Of a DNA stretch of 64,000 nt, positions 10,881 to 20,874 are shown one piece after another. A program made the translations under genes and the position numbers. The DNA lies in assembly GCA_963719315.1 (NCBI GenBank), contig CAVRBU010000004.1, positions 640,001 through 704,000 of the forward strand, written 5' to 3'. Position 1 is the stretch's first letter, and every line of letters begins with the position of its first letter. The stretch comes from an uncultured Planctomycetota bacterium. Its GTDB lineage: Bacteria; Planctomycetota; Planctomycetia; Pirellulales; Lacipirellulaceae. The notes under the pieces were generated by a model that worked only from the letters and a program-made list of their open reading frames with translations, was not told the origin of the DNA and did not search any database.

Positions 10881-12590
10881 GTGCGAACGTTGCTCGAACG
10901 CGATAGATATGATCGATTTCGCGTAGCGCCCCTCGATCCGGCCACGCTTCGCGCCCCCGATGTCGAGCGTATCCTAAAACAATTGGCCGGCTCTTCCGCC
11001 GGTCGCTTGAAGATTGAGAAGTTCGCCGAGTCGATCGAAGGTCGGCCCATTTACCTGGCTCAGATCGGCACCGGTCCGAGACGAGTGCTGCTCTGGTCGC
11101 AGATGCATGGCGATGAACCGACGCACACGGCCGTGCTGTTGGATTTGGCGAACTACCTGTTGGGATTGCCAACTAAACCGCAAGCGGCCGACATTCTGAC
11201 GAACTGCACGCTGCACTTCATCCCGATGCTGAATCCCGACGGCGCTGAAGCCGTGAAGCGTTACAACGCGCAAGGAATCGACATCAATCGCGATGCGCGT
11301 CGGCTCTCAACGCCGGAAGGGCGTGCGTTGCGAAAGGCCACGGAATCCGTCAAGCCGGAGTTCGCTTTCAACTTGCACAATCAGCACGCCCGCACCAGCG
11401 TTGGCCACCCGCCGAAGCCGGCCGCGGTCTCCGTGTTGGCGCCTGCGCCCGACTCCAGCGGCCACGAAACGCCCGGCATGCACCGCGCAAAGTTGATGTG
11501 CGCCTACTTCGTCGAAGCCGTGCGACCCGATGTGCCCGGAATGATTTCGCGCTACGACGACGCGCACGAACCCCGGGCCTTTGGCGACACGATTCAAGCC
11601 ACCGGCGCCGCAACGATGCTGGTCGAAGCCGGCGGTTGGACCGACCCCGATATCGAACCACTCACCCGCGTTCACTTCCATGGCATGCTGGCCACGCTGC
11701 ACGGGATCGCAACGGATGAATACCTCAAAGCGGATGTAAAAGTTTACGAATCGCTTCCCGAATCAAATTCCAGTCGCCAACTCGATTTGCTGATAGCGAA
11801 TGCCCAAGTGATGAGCGCGATAACACCGGCGTACACGGCCGATCTGGGCATTGAACAAACGCAAACCGAGCGATTGGGCGGCCGATCGAAGAGCGACGGA
11901 AAGATCGTCGAAATCGGCGACCTATCCGTGCTGTCCGCCAAAGCGAATTTGGATGCCTCGGGGTTCTTGGTTTTGCCCGGACAAATCGCGCTTCTCGAAG
12001 ATTGGTCGCCCGCTTCAGCCGCTCCTCCGGCAAAGCTCGACTCGCTATTGGCCAAGGGCGTGACGACGCTCGTCGGTTCCGCTGACTTGGCAGATAGCGA
12101 TGCAATCGAGGGAATTGGCGCCGCCCGCGAGTTGCCGATGAACTGGGCCTTTGTCGGCCGCATCGACAGAGCGGCTTCGCTGCCCCGGGCTGAACTCGTG
12201 GAGCGCGTGGCATGGGCCGCCCACCAGGGCCTGCTGGCGGTCGCGACCGACCGCGCCAACGAAGAACTGTGGCAACAGCTCAATCGCGTCGGTCTGCCGC
12301 TGGTACAGTTAAGCAAGCTAGCGGCCAAACTTCCGGCGAGCGGCACTTACCACGATTGCTCGGAACACATCGAACGACTCAACAAATTTCTCAACTTACA
12401 CGGCAATCGCGGCCGCGTGGGGCGCAACGTCTACGCCGACCTCGCCATGTTCGATCTTGGCGGCAAGGTCAACGAAAAGAATCCTGTCGATTGGCGTCGC
12501 CTGGCGCGCGTGATCGTCGCCGGCGAAACGATTTGGGAAAACGGCAAACGCGCCGGTGGATCGCCGGGCGTCTTCCTTCGACGCACCTAG
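10881..12590 (+). CDS. M14 zinc carboxypeptidase domain fused to a degenerate amidohydrolase-like C-terminal region
   Basis: QMHGDE, LNPDG, DINRD, NLHNQ, LVEAGG (M14 ligands and catalytic Glu); C-terminal DLLIANAQV, DGKIVEIGDL, LDASGFLVLPG, ADLAMFD, VIVAGETIWENG resemble the amidohydrolase beta-sandwich. Confidence 0.78.
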   Translation: MRTLLERDRYDRFRVAPLDPATLRAPDVERILKQLAGSSAGRLKIEKFAESIEGRPIYLAQIGTGPRRVLLWSQMHGDEPTHTAVLLDLANYLLGLPTKPQAADILTNCTLHFIPMLNPDGAEAVKRYNAQGIDINRDARRLSTPEGRALRKATESVKPEFAFNLHNQHARTSVGHPPKPAAVSVLAPAPDSSGHETPGMHRAKLMCAYFVEAVRPDVPGMISRYDDAHEPRAFGDTIQATGAATMLVEAGGWTDPDIEPLTRVHFHGMLATLHGIATDEYLKADVKVYESLPESNSSRQLDLLIANAQVMSAITPAYTADLGIEQTQTERLGGRSKSDGKIVEIGDLSVLSAKANLDASGFLVLPGQIALLEDWSPASAAPPAKLDSLLAKGVTTLVGSADLADSDAIEGIGAARELPMNWAFVGRIDRAASLPRAELVERVAWAAHQGLLAVATDRANEELWQQLNRVGLPLVQLSKLAAKLPASGTYHDCSEHIERLNKFLNLHGNRGRVGRNVYADLAMFDLGGKVNEKNPVDWRRLARVIVAGETIWENGKRAGGSPGVFLRRT

Positions 12591-12606
12591 CCTGCGGAAC
12601 TGGCCC

Positions 12607-13377
12607 ATGCTCAACAAGATTTGGTTTGGGTTGTTGTGCATCGGCATCCTGTATGGTTTCGGGAAGGCAACGTACCAATATTTGAATGCGCCGGCCCAGC
12701 CGACGAAACCCGCGGCCGAAACTCCGGCCGGTCCGCTGCCGGTACCCGCGCCCGCAAACGACCTCAAAAGCGTCGACTCGGCCTATACGGCCATGGGCAA
12801 AAGGCTCAATGAAGCGGCCGTCGATGCTGCCACAACGTCCGTCGAAATCTGCATCGGGCTGATTGGCATCATGGCCCTGTGGCTCGGGCTGCTAAACATC
12901 GCCAAGGACGCCGGCGTGCTCGAAGCATTTGCGCGATTGCTGCGGCCGTTGATGCATTGGCTGTTTCCCGAAGTGCCGGACGGCCACCCGGCGCAGGGCG
13001 CCATGTTGATGAACATTTCGGCGAACATGCTGGGGCTCGACAACGCGGCCACACCGTTGGGGCTCAAAGCGATGACCGAACTGCAAACGCTCAATCCGGT
13101 GAAAGACACGGCCACGAACAGCATGGCAATGTTCCTGGCAATTAACAACAGCAGCGTCACACTGATCCCCTTCACGCTGATCGGCTACCGCGCTTTGAAG
13201 GGCAGCCACGATCCGGCGAAGCCGCTGGGTGGAATCCTCATCGTGACCACCTTTAGCACGATTGTCGCCGTGCTCGTGGCGAAATGGCTTTCCCGGAGAC
13301 CCAAGTACCAGATCGCGGCCCCCGCGCCAAACGCCCTGGTTGCCGCGAACGGAGCGGGAGGCGACGCCGATGGCTAG
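12607..13377 (+). CDS. spmA: SpmA-like Gate-domain membrane protein
   Basis: MLNKIW, GIMALWLGL, LFPEVPDGHPA, ANMLGLDNAATPLGLKAM-ELQ-LNP, FLAIN. Confidence 0.9.
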   Translation: MLNKIWFGLLCIGILYGFGKATYQYLNAPAQPTKPAAETPAGPLPVPAPANDLKSVDSAYTAMGKRLNEAAVDAATTSVEICIGLIGIMALWLGLLNIAKDAGVLEAFARLLRPLMHWLFPEVPDGHPAQGAMLMNISANMLGLDNAATPLGLKAMTELQTLNPVKDTATNSMAMFLAINNSSVTLIPFTLIGYRALKGSHDPAKPLGGILIVTTFSTIVAVLVAKWLSRRPKYQIAAPAPNALVAANGAGGDADG

Positions 13378-13933
13378 TTTTCTTCCCGTGCTCGAGGCTG
13401 TCAGTCAATGGATGATCCCGGCTACCATTTTGCTCATCATCATCTCGGCGGCTTGTAAGCGGGTGCCGATGTATGAATCGTTTGTCACTGGAGCCAAGGA
13501 AGGATTCGGCATCGCGGTGATGATCATTCCGTATCTCGTTGCCATGCTGTTCGTGATCAAAGTGTTTGACGCCAGCGGCCTTTTTGCCGACATCAAGTAC
13601 GGCTTATCGCTGGCGATGCAGGCCGTTGGCTTGGGCGCCTATACCGAATCGCTGGACTTGTTGCCGCTCGCGCTCACCAAACCGCTAACCGGCAGTGGAG
13701 CGCGAGCCGTAATGTTGGATGTATTTGACAAGCATGGAACCGATAGCTTCCTGGGCATGACGGCTTCGATCATGATGGGCAGCACGGAAACGACATTTTA
13801 TGTGCTGACCGTTTATTATGGGGCCGTGCAGATCAAGAAGTTTCGACACACGTTGGCTACATGCTTGTGGACCGATCTGGCAGCCGTGACCGCCGCGATC
13901 GTGATGGGCTATTGGCTGTACGGCGGCCGGTGA
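13370..13933 (+). CDS. spmB: SpmB-like membrane protein
   Basis: YESFVTGAKEGF, IIPYLVAML, LALTKPLTGSGA, GSTETTFYVLTVYYGAV; overlaps the spmA stop. Confidence 0.9.
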   Translation: MASFLPVLEAVSQWMIPATILLIIISAACKRVPMYESFVTGAKEGFGIAVMIIPYLVAMLFVIKVFDASGLFADIKYGLSLAMQAVGLGAYTESLDLLPLALTKPLTGSGARAVMLDVFDKHGTDSFLGMTASIMMGSTETTFYVLTVYYGAVQIKKFRHTLATCLWTDLAAVTAAIVMGYWLYGGR

Positions 13934-14001
13934 GCTGTTCGCGCTGTGGCGAATCGGGTACTCCCCTGCCCCCTTCTCAAAAGAGAGGCGAGGTTGTGGC
14001 T

Positions 14002-14973
14002 ATGACGCCCCTCATCAAGCCGAAAGCCCTACGGCAAGGAGATGCGATCGGCGTCGTAGCGCCGGCTGGACCCCTGAATCGAGAGCGGATCGATAGGGCG
14101 CTCGCGCGCATCCAAGCCCGTGGATTCCCCACAAAAACATACGGAGACATCTATAGGTCGAACGGCTACCTGGCCGGCGACGATGCGACACGGACCGAGG
14201 AGTTGATGGCGGCGTTCGCCGATCCGGAGACTACGGCTGTGTGGTGCGCCCGCGGCGGATACGGCGTCATACGGCTGTTGGATCGCCTCGATTTCAACGT
14301 CATTCGTCGAAATCCCAAGGTCTTTATCGGCTTTAGCGATATCACGGCGCTGCACACCGCGATCGGGCTGCGAACCGGGCTCGTTACGTTCCACGGCCCT
14401 AACTTGCAAGATGGCTTCGGAAAGCCGGACGATATGCCGGCCGCGAATGAGGCTGCGCTCTGGCAAGCGGTTCTCGCCGATTCACAAGGCGAAAGAAAGG
14501 GTGGCTACTCGTACGACCTCAGCAGCCTGGACGGCGCATCGCTGCGTCCAATGCATGGCGGTGTCGCCACCGGTCGACTTACTGGCGGGAACCTGGCTGT
14601 TTTGTGCGGCATGTTGGGAACACCGTTTGAAATTGAAACCGCCGGCCGCATCCTGTTCCTGGAAGACGTCAGCGAACGGCTCTATCGCATCGACCGTTAC
14701 GTGACGCATCTGCGGCTGGCCGGAAAGCTACAGCAAGTCGCCGGTGTTTTGCTCGGCAGTTTTTCTTACGACGAGGGCGACCAGGCGGAGAATTCGACCG
14801 ATGTCGCCGCCCTGATGGCCGAATTCTTCACGCCGCTCGGCGTCCCCGTCCTCGCCGGATTCCCGGCGGGCCATGAGCGCCTCAACCTTGCGCTTCCAAT
14901 GGGCGGACTTATTAAGGTAGACGCCGATGCCGGACAGGTTACACTGCTGGAGAATTGCGTCGAACCTGGCTGA
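14002..14973 (+). CDS. ldcA: S66 LD-carboxypeptidase (LdcA/MccF family)
   Basis: VVAPAG, CARGGYG, GFSDIT (Ser nucleophile), GGNL, LFLEDV (Glu), AGH (His). Confidence 0.9.
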   Translation: MTPLIKPKALRQGDAIGVVAPAGPLNRERIDRALARIQARGFPTKTYGDIYRSNGYLAGDDATRTEELMAAFADPETTAVWCARGGYGVIRLLDRLDFNVIRRNPKVFIGFSDITALHTAIGLRTGLVTFHGPNLQDGFGKPDDMPAANEAALWQAVLADSQGERKGGYSYDLSSLDGASLRPMHGGVATGRLTGGNLAVLCGMLGTPFEIETAGRILFLEDVSERLYRIDRYVTHLRLAGKLQQVAGVLLGSFSYDEGDQAENSTDVAALMAEFFTPLGVPVLAGFPAGHERLNLALPMGGLIKVDADAGQVTLLENCVEPG

Positions 14974-14997
14974 GCCATTTCGCGGAGATCGCGCACG

Positions 14998-16410
14998 ATG
15001 GACCTATCCGAGTTGCTGAAGGACGCCGCTGAAGTATTTGGCTGGGCCCTGGTGCCCGTCATCCTGGCGACCGCCTTGTTCTTCACGATCCGACTTCGGT
15101 TTGTGCAATTCTTTCGCTTTCGCGAAGCAGTCCGCGAGACGATCAAAAGTCGGCAAACCGGCGCAAGCGGCGCGCTGTCGCCGCTGCAAGCGTTCATGAC
15201 CGCAATCGCCGCCACGGTCGGCACTGGCAACGTCGTCGGCGTGGCGACGGCGATCGTTTCCGGTGGACCCGGCGCGCTCTTCTGGATTTGGGTGTATGGT
15301 TTTCTGGCGATGAGTACGAAGTTCGCGGAGGCGTCGCTCGGCATGCACTTTCGAGTCGCCCACGGCGAGGACGTACTTTCCGGCCCAATGTACTACCTCC
15401 GCGACGGACTGAAGTCCTGGTTGGGTCGGGCCCTTGCCGCTCTCTTTGCCATATTGGGCGGATGCGGCGTGCTGTTCACCACGCCCCTGACTCAACCCAA
15501 CTCGGTCGCCAATGCGATGGCCGGCCAACTCAAAGAGCAAGGAATTAGCTGGGGCGCGTTCCAAATGGGCCATTTTTCGATCGATAAAATGCAATTCGCA
15601 ATCGGCGTCGTCTTGGCGATCCTCACCTGGTTGGTGATCGTGCACGGCATCAAGTCGATTGGGCGCGCGGCTGAGAGGCTTTCGCCGATCAAAGTCGGGT
15701 TCTATATGGTGGGCGGGTTGGTCGTAATTCTGACGCACATTTCCAACCTGCCCCATGTGCTGGCGATGGTCTTCCACGATGCCTTTTCCACGCATGCGGC
15801 CACCGGCGGCGCCGCCGGCCTCACGATGATGAATGCCATCAACCTGGGGATTCGCCGTGGCGTTTATGCAAATGAGGCCGGGTACGGCACGGCGGCCGTC
15901 GCGTATGGCACCGCCAAGAGCCAGCGGCCCGATCAACAAGGCCTTGCCGCGATGATGGATGTGTTCATCATCACGTTCATCACCTGCACCTTGAGCGCCC
16001 TGGCCGTTCTACTGACCGACGTTTGGAGTACAGCGAAAGACGGTGCGGTCGCAATTCCGGAGGCCTTCAACGCGGCCATGCCGGCCTTCGGCGGATGGAT
16101 GGTTACCATTTCGATCGCGTTATTCGCCTACACCGTGCTGATCGGCTGGGCCTTCTACGGAGAGCAGTTCCTTGAATACCTGTTCGGACCAGGGATCATC
16201 AAGCCATTTCGCTGGCTGTACTGCCTACTGATACCGTTTGGCGCTGTGATCAAGGTCGATGCCGTGTGGAATTGGGGCGATATCTGCAACGGACTGCAAG
16301 TTTTTCCAAACGTCATCGGACTTCTCGCCCTTAGCGGCATCGCCGCTGCCTACGCCCGTACCCGCCATAGTGACGGGAATTCATCGAGGTCGGAAACGCT
16401 GGCCAAGTAG
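14998..16410 (+). CDS. Alanine/glycine:cation symporter (AGCS family)
   Basis: AATVGTGNVVGVATAI, GGPGALFWIW, GPMYYL, ANEAGYGT, YGEQ; polytopic. Confidence 0.92.
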   Translation: MDLSELLKDAAEVFGWALVPVILATALFFTIRLRFVQFFRFREAVRETIKSRQTGASGALSPLQAFMTAIAATVGTGNVVGVATAIVSGGPGALFWIWVYGFLAMSTKFAEASLGMHFRVAHGEDVLSGPMYYLRDGLKSWLGRALAALFAILGGCGVLFTTPLTQPNSVANAMAGQLKEQGISWGAFQMGHFSIDKMQFAIGVVLAILTWLVIVHGIKSIGRAAERLSPIKVGFYMVGGLVVILTHISNLPHVLAMVFHDAFSTHAATGGAAGLTMMNAINLGIRRGVYANEAGYGTAAVAYGTAKSQRPDQQGLAAMMDVFIITFITCTLSALAVLLTDVWSTAKDGAVAIPEAFNAAMPAFGGWMVTISIALFAYTVLIGWAFYGEQFLEYLFGPGIIKPFRWLYCLLIPFGAVIKVDAVWNWGDICNGLQVFPNVIGLLALSGIAAAYARTRHSDGNSSRSETLAK

Positions 16411-16519
16411 ACACTTGCACTCCGCCCGGCGGTGGGTTTACGCTGATGCTGGAAAGCACACCGCTTTCGCAATCCGCGAATGGCCCACCCGATCCACTCT
16501 CACCACTGGAGATGCTTCC

Positions 16520-17236
16520 ATGACTCGCAATTGCATCTGCGCATGTGTCGTTATGATGTTGTCGGCAAGTGCCTTGATTGCCAAAGAGCCGCAAGAATTG
16601 TTTAATGGCAAAGACCTGCAAGGTTGGGACGCCGACCCGGCGGTTTGGAGCGTCGAAGATGGCACGATCGTCGGCCGCACCCATGCCGAGAAACCTCTGA
16701 AGAACAACGAGTTTCTCATTTGGAAGGGCGGTCCCGTCGGCGACTTCAAGCTGGCGCTTCAATACCGCATCCAAGGCGGCAACAGCGGCGTGCAATATCG
16801 CAGCAAAGTGCTCGACCCATCCAAATGGATCGTAGCCGGCTACCAGGCCGACATCGACTCCGGCCCCACATACACCGGGATCCTGTACGAAGAGCGCGAA
16901 CGTGGCATTTTGGCGAAGCGCGGCCAACGCGTCACGATCGGTAAAGATGGCAAGTCAACCATCGAGTCGATCGGCGACCCCGACGAGTTGCAAAAAAGCG
17001 TCCATGCCGATGACTGGAACGACTATGTGATCGAAGTCCGCGGCGCACACATGAAGCACACGATCAACGGCAAGTTGATGAGCGAAACCATCGATCGCGA
17101 TCAAAAGCATCGCGCCATGTCGGGTGTGCTCGCCCTGCAGGTTCACGCCGGGCCGCCGATGACCGTGCAGTTCCGTAATATCCGGTACGAGCCGCTCGAG
17201 CCAAAATCGAAAGATGCGAAGGCTAAAGCGAAATAG
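16520..17236 (+). CDS. DUF1080 (3-keto-disaccharide hydrolase-like) secreted protein
   Basis: LFNGKDLQGW, GNSGVQYRS, GYQADI, WNDY, LALQVH, VQFRNI; signal peptide after ATG 16520. Confidence 0.88.
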   Translation: MTRNCICACVVMMLSASALIAKEPQELFNGKDLQGWDADPAVWSVEDGTIVGRTHAEKPLKNNEFLIWKGGPVGDFKLALQYRIQGGNSGVQYRSKVLDPSKWIVAGYQADIDSGPTYTGILYEERERGILAKRGQRVTIGKDGKSTIESIGDPDELQKSVHADDWNDYVIEVRGAHMKHTINGKLMSETIDRDQKHRAMSGVLALQVHAGPPMTVQFRNIRYEPLEPKSKDAKAKAK

Positions 17237-17264
17237 TGCGCTCGATGGAATTCTATTGGCAATA

Positions 17265-17341
17265 ATCTCGCAGAGGCGCGGACGACGCGGAGAACAGTAA
17301 CAAATTGCGTTCTCATCGAGGTTCCTGCGCCTCTGCGAGAT
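17265..17341. repeat. Intergenic inverted repeat with perfect 15-bp arms
   Basis: atctcgcagaggcgc (17265-17279) and gcgcctctgcgagat (17327-17341). Confidence 0.8.
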
Positions 17342-17364
17342 CATTCTTTGTATTCCGGTAATTG

Positions 17365-18513
17365 ATGGCAACCACGACGTATTTGTTGATTGATGCGAGC
17401 GAATCGGTCGTTCGCGACGGTTCGGCAGGTCAGAGCGACGGCAAATGGCATGCACTGTTAAGAACGCGCCGTGGCGGCACATCCGAAGGCGTGCAAGTTG
17501 TCGAACTCGACAACGGCAAGATGTGCATCGACGTGCTGCCCACGCGCGGCATGGGCATCTGGCGCGTGCGACGCGGCGAAAAAATCCTCGGCTGGCAGGC
17601 GCCGGCTCGTCAGCCCGTGCATCCCAATTTCGTTCCGTTGATGGAGCCGACCGGACTCGGTTGGCTCGCGGGTTTCAATGAGCTCTTATGCCGCTGCGGC
17701 CTCGAAAGCAACGGCCCGCCGGAGTTCGACGACGCAGGCCGATTGCTGCGTTCGCTCCACGGCCGCATCGCCAACATACCAGCTCACCGAGTCGAGCTAA
17801 TCGTCGATGATGATGCCGGCCTGCTCACGCTGCGCGGCATCGTCGATGAATCGCGATTCCACTTTCAATCATTGCGGCTAACGACATCCATCACCACCGC
17901 GTTCGGCTCGAATGAATTCACCTGGGCGGACGAAGTCGAAAACAGTGGCGGCCGCGAGGCGATGCTGCAGATGCTTTACCACTTCAACATCGGCCAACCA
18001 CTCTTGCAGCCAGGCGCACGGATCACGGCCCCAGTCGTCGCGGTCGCTCCGTTCACGCAAGTGGCGGCGAAAGAGGGCATTGAAAAGTGGAACATCATGC
18101 CGCCGCCACGCCCCGGATCATCTGAGCAGGTTTTCGCCCTGGACTTGGCCGCAGACGCTGCCGGCGATACGCGGGTTCTTGTCAGCGGCCTCACCGGCGG
18201 CGAAGCCGTCAGCCTCCGCTTTAACAAGCGCGCCCTGCCCTGCTTCAGCGTATGGAGGAACACGCCGGCCGAAGCCGACGGTTATGCGCTTGGCGTCGAA
18301 CCGGGGACAAACTACCCCAACCCGCGAACATTCGAAAACCAGCATGGCCGTGTTGTCCAACTTCAGCCCGGGAAAATCTGGCGCAGCGCGGTTACCGCGA
18401 CGTGGCACGCCGACAAACGATCAATCGGGGAGGAAGAACAGGCGATTCGCTCCATACAGGACAATCAAAAAGCTGAAACCCTAGCTATTCCGCGCGGCGA
18501 GTGGTCGAAATAG
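17365..18513 (+). CDS. DUF4432 / aldose 1-epimerase-fold protein
   Basis: VLPTRGMGIW, LCRCGLESNG, LHGRIAN, QMLYHFNIG, GVEPGTNYPN. Confidence 0.8.
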   Translation: MATTTYLLIDASESVVRDGSAGQSDGKWHALLRTRRGGTSEGVQVVELDNGKMCIDVLPTRGMGIWRVRRGEKILGWQAPARQPVHPNFVPLMEPTGLGWLAGFNELLCRCGLESNGPPEFDDAGRLLRSLHGRIANIPAHRVELIVDDDAGLLTLRGIVDESRFHFQSLRLTTSITTAFGSNEFTWADEVENSGGREAMLQMLYHFNIGQPLLQPGARITAPVVAVAPFTQVAAKEGIEKWNIMPPPRPGSSEQVFALDLAADAAGDTRVLVSGLTGGEAVSLRFNKRALPCFSVWRNTPAEADGYALGVEPGTNYPNPRTFENQHGRVVQLQPGKIWRSAVTATWHADKRSIGEEEQAIRSIQDNQKAETLAIPRGEWSK

Positions 18514-18541
18514 CTTTCTGCGACGGTCGAATCGGCGCCGC

Positions 18542-19384
18542 CTATATCACGTGAATATGTAGCAGTGGTTTATAGACGAAGTTTCGTAAGAAACTGCCAA
18601 TGAAGGGTTCTGTTAAGCGATTGGCGGTGCGATTTCTCTGATGGAACTGTCGCAACTCAACATCCAGCTTTTCCCCGTAGGCCGCAAGCTGACGAGGATA
18701 GATCGTTGAAGTGACGAAATCATACACTCGCTGGTCCTCGGCATTTGCCTCTTGCATCCGTTCACGAGACTCGGCCGAATCCAGATAGCTCATATCACTT
18801 TTACTGCGAGCGAAGTCGCGAAGTCGCTGCTTCTCGCCGATGCAATTGAGCGGGCGATAGTCGGCCCGAAACGTCGGCTCGCGCAACCATTGCCGTAGAA
18901 GCAACAGCGATTCATCGAATCGCTCCGTCAAACCGACAAATGCAAACCGCGTGCTGATTAAGTCAATCGCCTTTTAGGCATTCGACTCGCCGGCAATCAT
19001 TTTGGTTTGCCAATTATGGACCCACTTAGCGGACATCCATTCGTTAAAGGCTTCCCGCGTACAGCCGGGCGCCCGATTCAGGAAATGTGAGTGGAATCTG
19101 GCAACCGGATCGCGCAACATCGTAATGAACTGAATCTCCGGGCACTCTGCGTGCAAATCCGCGTAAGGCTTGACATTATGTCCGGAAATTCCGCGGAGAC
19201 TGCGATAGAGTCGCCGTACTCGCCGCAAATCAGCCGCTTCCACAAACGCCCGATGGTCATAGCGATCGTATCGGCGTTTGAAGAGCGGCAATCGGATGTC
19301 ACAGTGGCGTATCCCGAATGAACGCCGCAGGATCGCATTAAGAGTCGTGCCAGCCGTCTTTTCGATATGCACGAACGCGTACAA
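18542..19384 (-). pseudogene. Sulfotransferase (family 2-like) interrupted by an in-frame TAA at 18974-18976
   Basis: FVHIEKTAGTT (5'-PAPS loop), LRDPVARFHS (3'-phosphate motif), FVGLTERFDES; both track ORFs are in the same frame (GESNA*KAIDLIS); AGGAGG 6 nt before TTG 19384. Confidence 0.75.
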
Positions 19385-19707
19385 CCAGGACCTCCTTGCG
19401 ATCGAGATTCGCAACGACGGGTTATACTCGTTGTATCGGAAATTCGAGGATGGCGGTGCGCTAAGATTCGATAAAGACTCGATAAACTCTTGCTTAACTT
19501 CTCATGTAAAAAGGCATCCTAATTGCTCCATGCGATGAGTTGGCGTTGGAACTCTCGCTCGCAGAAGATGCGGAAAAGAATCGCAGCTAGCCCAGGAAGG
19601 AGGGAGACGAGCAAGCCGATTGAGCACACAATTGCCGACGCGGACCGAACCGATTGAGTTGTGCGCCAGAGCGTCGCCAGTTGTGCTCGCGACTCGAACG
19701 GTAATCG

Positions 19708-20850
19708 TCAGCCCACGTCGGTCCATTGACCGGTTTTCGCACTGGCCAGCACCGCATCGCAAACCTTTTGGGTTTCTAGCGCTTCGCGGAAAGTGGGCGA
19801 CGTGGGCTTGTTCTTCGCCAGACCTTCGAGGAAATCGGCCACCTGGTGGACGAACGTGTGCTCGTAGCCAATTTGCAGCCCTGGAACCCACCAGTGGCCC
19901 ATGTACGGCATGTCGCCGTCGGTGACATGGATCGACCGCCAGCCGCGAACGATCGATTCATCGCGGTGATCGAAATAGCTGAGGCGATGCAAATCGTGCA
20001 GATCCCAGGCGATCGAAGCGTCGGCGCCATTGATCTCGAACGTGTACAGCGCCTTGTGGCCCCGGGCGTAGCGAGTCGATTCGAAGATCGCGAGCGAGCC
20101 GTTTGCGAAATGGCACAGAAATGCACAGGCATCATCGATCTCGACCGGCTCGACCTTGCCCGACTCGGTATGCTTGCGCTCCTTGATGAACGTCTTGGTC
20201 ATCGCCGTGACATTCTTGATCGGCCCGTTCAGCCATAACGCCGTATCGATGCAGTGAGCCAGCAAGTCGCCGGTGACACCGCTGCCGGCCGCCTTGGCGT
20301 CGATTCGCCACAGTCCCGCCCCGCCTTGCGGCAGATCCTCTGAAATCGTCCAATCCTGCAAAAAATTTGATCGGTAGTGGAAGATGCGCCCGAGCCGTCC
20401 TTCGTCGATGAGCTGTTTGGCCAGCGTGACGGCCGGCACGCGGCGGTAATTGTACCAGACGATGTTCCGCACCCCGGCGCCTTCCACGGCATCGACCATT
20501 TCCTGCCCTTCCGCCGCGTTCATCGCCAGTGGCTTCTCGCAGAGAATCATCTTGCCGGCTTGGGCTGCGGCAATGGCGATATCGTGGTGCAGGTTGTTGG
20601 GCACGCAAATATCGATCGCGTCGATGTCCACTCGTTCGACCACTTCGCGCCAGTTATTTTCGATCGAGGCGTAACCCCAACGATCGGCGAATTTCTTCGC
20701 CTGAGCCTCATCGCGCCCGCAAACCGCTTCCAGAACCGGCTCGTATTCCAAGTCAAAGAAGTTATTGACGCGCCGATAGGCGTTCGAGTGCGCCCGGCCC
20801 ATGAAGCCGTAACCGATCATGCCGATGCGGAGAGGTTTTCGGTCTGACAT
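19708..20850 (-). CDS. Gfo/Idh/MocA family oxidoreductase
   Basis: [30 protein letters not shown]. Confidence 0.92.
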   Translation of the reverse strand: MSDRKPLRIGMIGYGFMGRAHSNAYRRVNNFFDLEYEPVLEAVCGRDEAQAKKFADRWGYASIENNWREVVERVDIDAIDICVPNNLHHDIAIAAAQAGKMILCEKPLAMNAAEGQEMVDAVEGAGVRNIVWYNYRRVPAVTLAKQLIDEGRLGRIFHYRSNFLQDWTISEDLPQGGAGLWRIDAKAAGSGVTGDLLAHCIDTALWLNGPIKNVTAMTKTFIKERKHTESGKVEPVEIDDACAFLCHFANGSLAIFESTRYARGHKALYTFEINGADASIAWDLHDLHRLSYFDHRDESIVRGWRSIHVTDGDMPYMGHWWVPGLQIGYEHTFVHQVADFLEGLAKNKPTSPTFREALETQKVCDAVLASAKTGQWTDVG

Positions 20851-20874
20851 CACTTCACTCAGAAAAAGAAAATT

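Noticed and set aside
12607..13933. Sporulation capacity implied by spmA/spmB
   Set aside because: No other sporulation genes; the family occurs in non-sporulating bacteria.
18974..18976. Selenocysteine or pyrrolysine read-through in the sulfotransferase
   Set aside because: The codon is TAA, not TGA or TAG.
19420..19700. Possible ncRNA or small ORF between the oxidoreductase and sulfotransferase genes
   Set aside because: Only short imperfect repeats (ccgattgag twice); no recognisable RNA family or coding signal.
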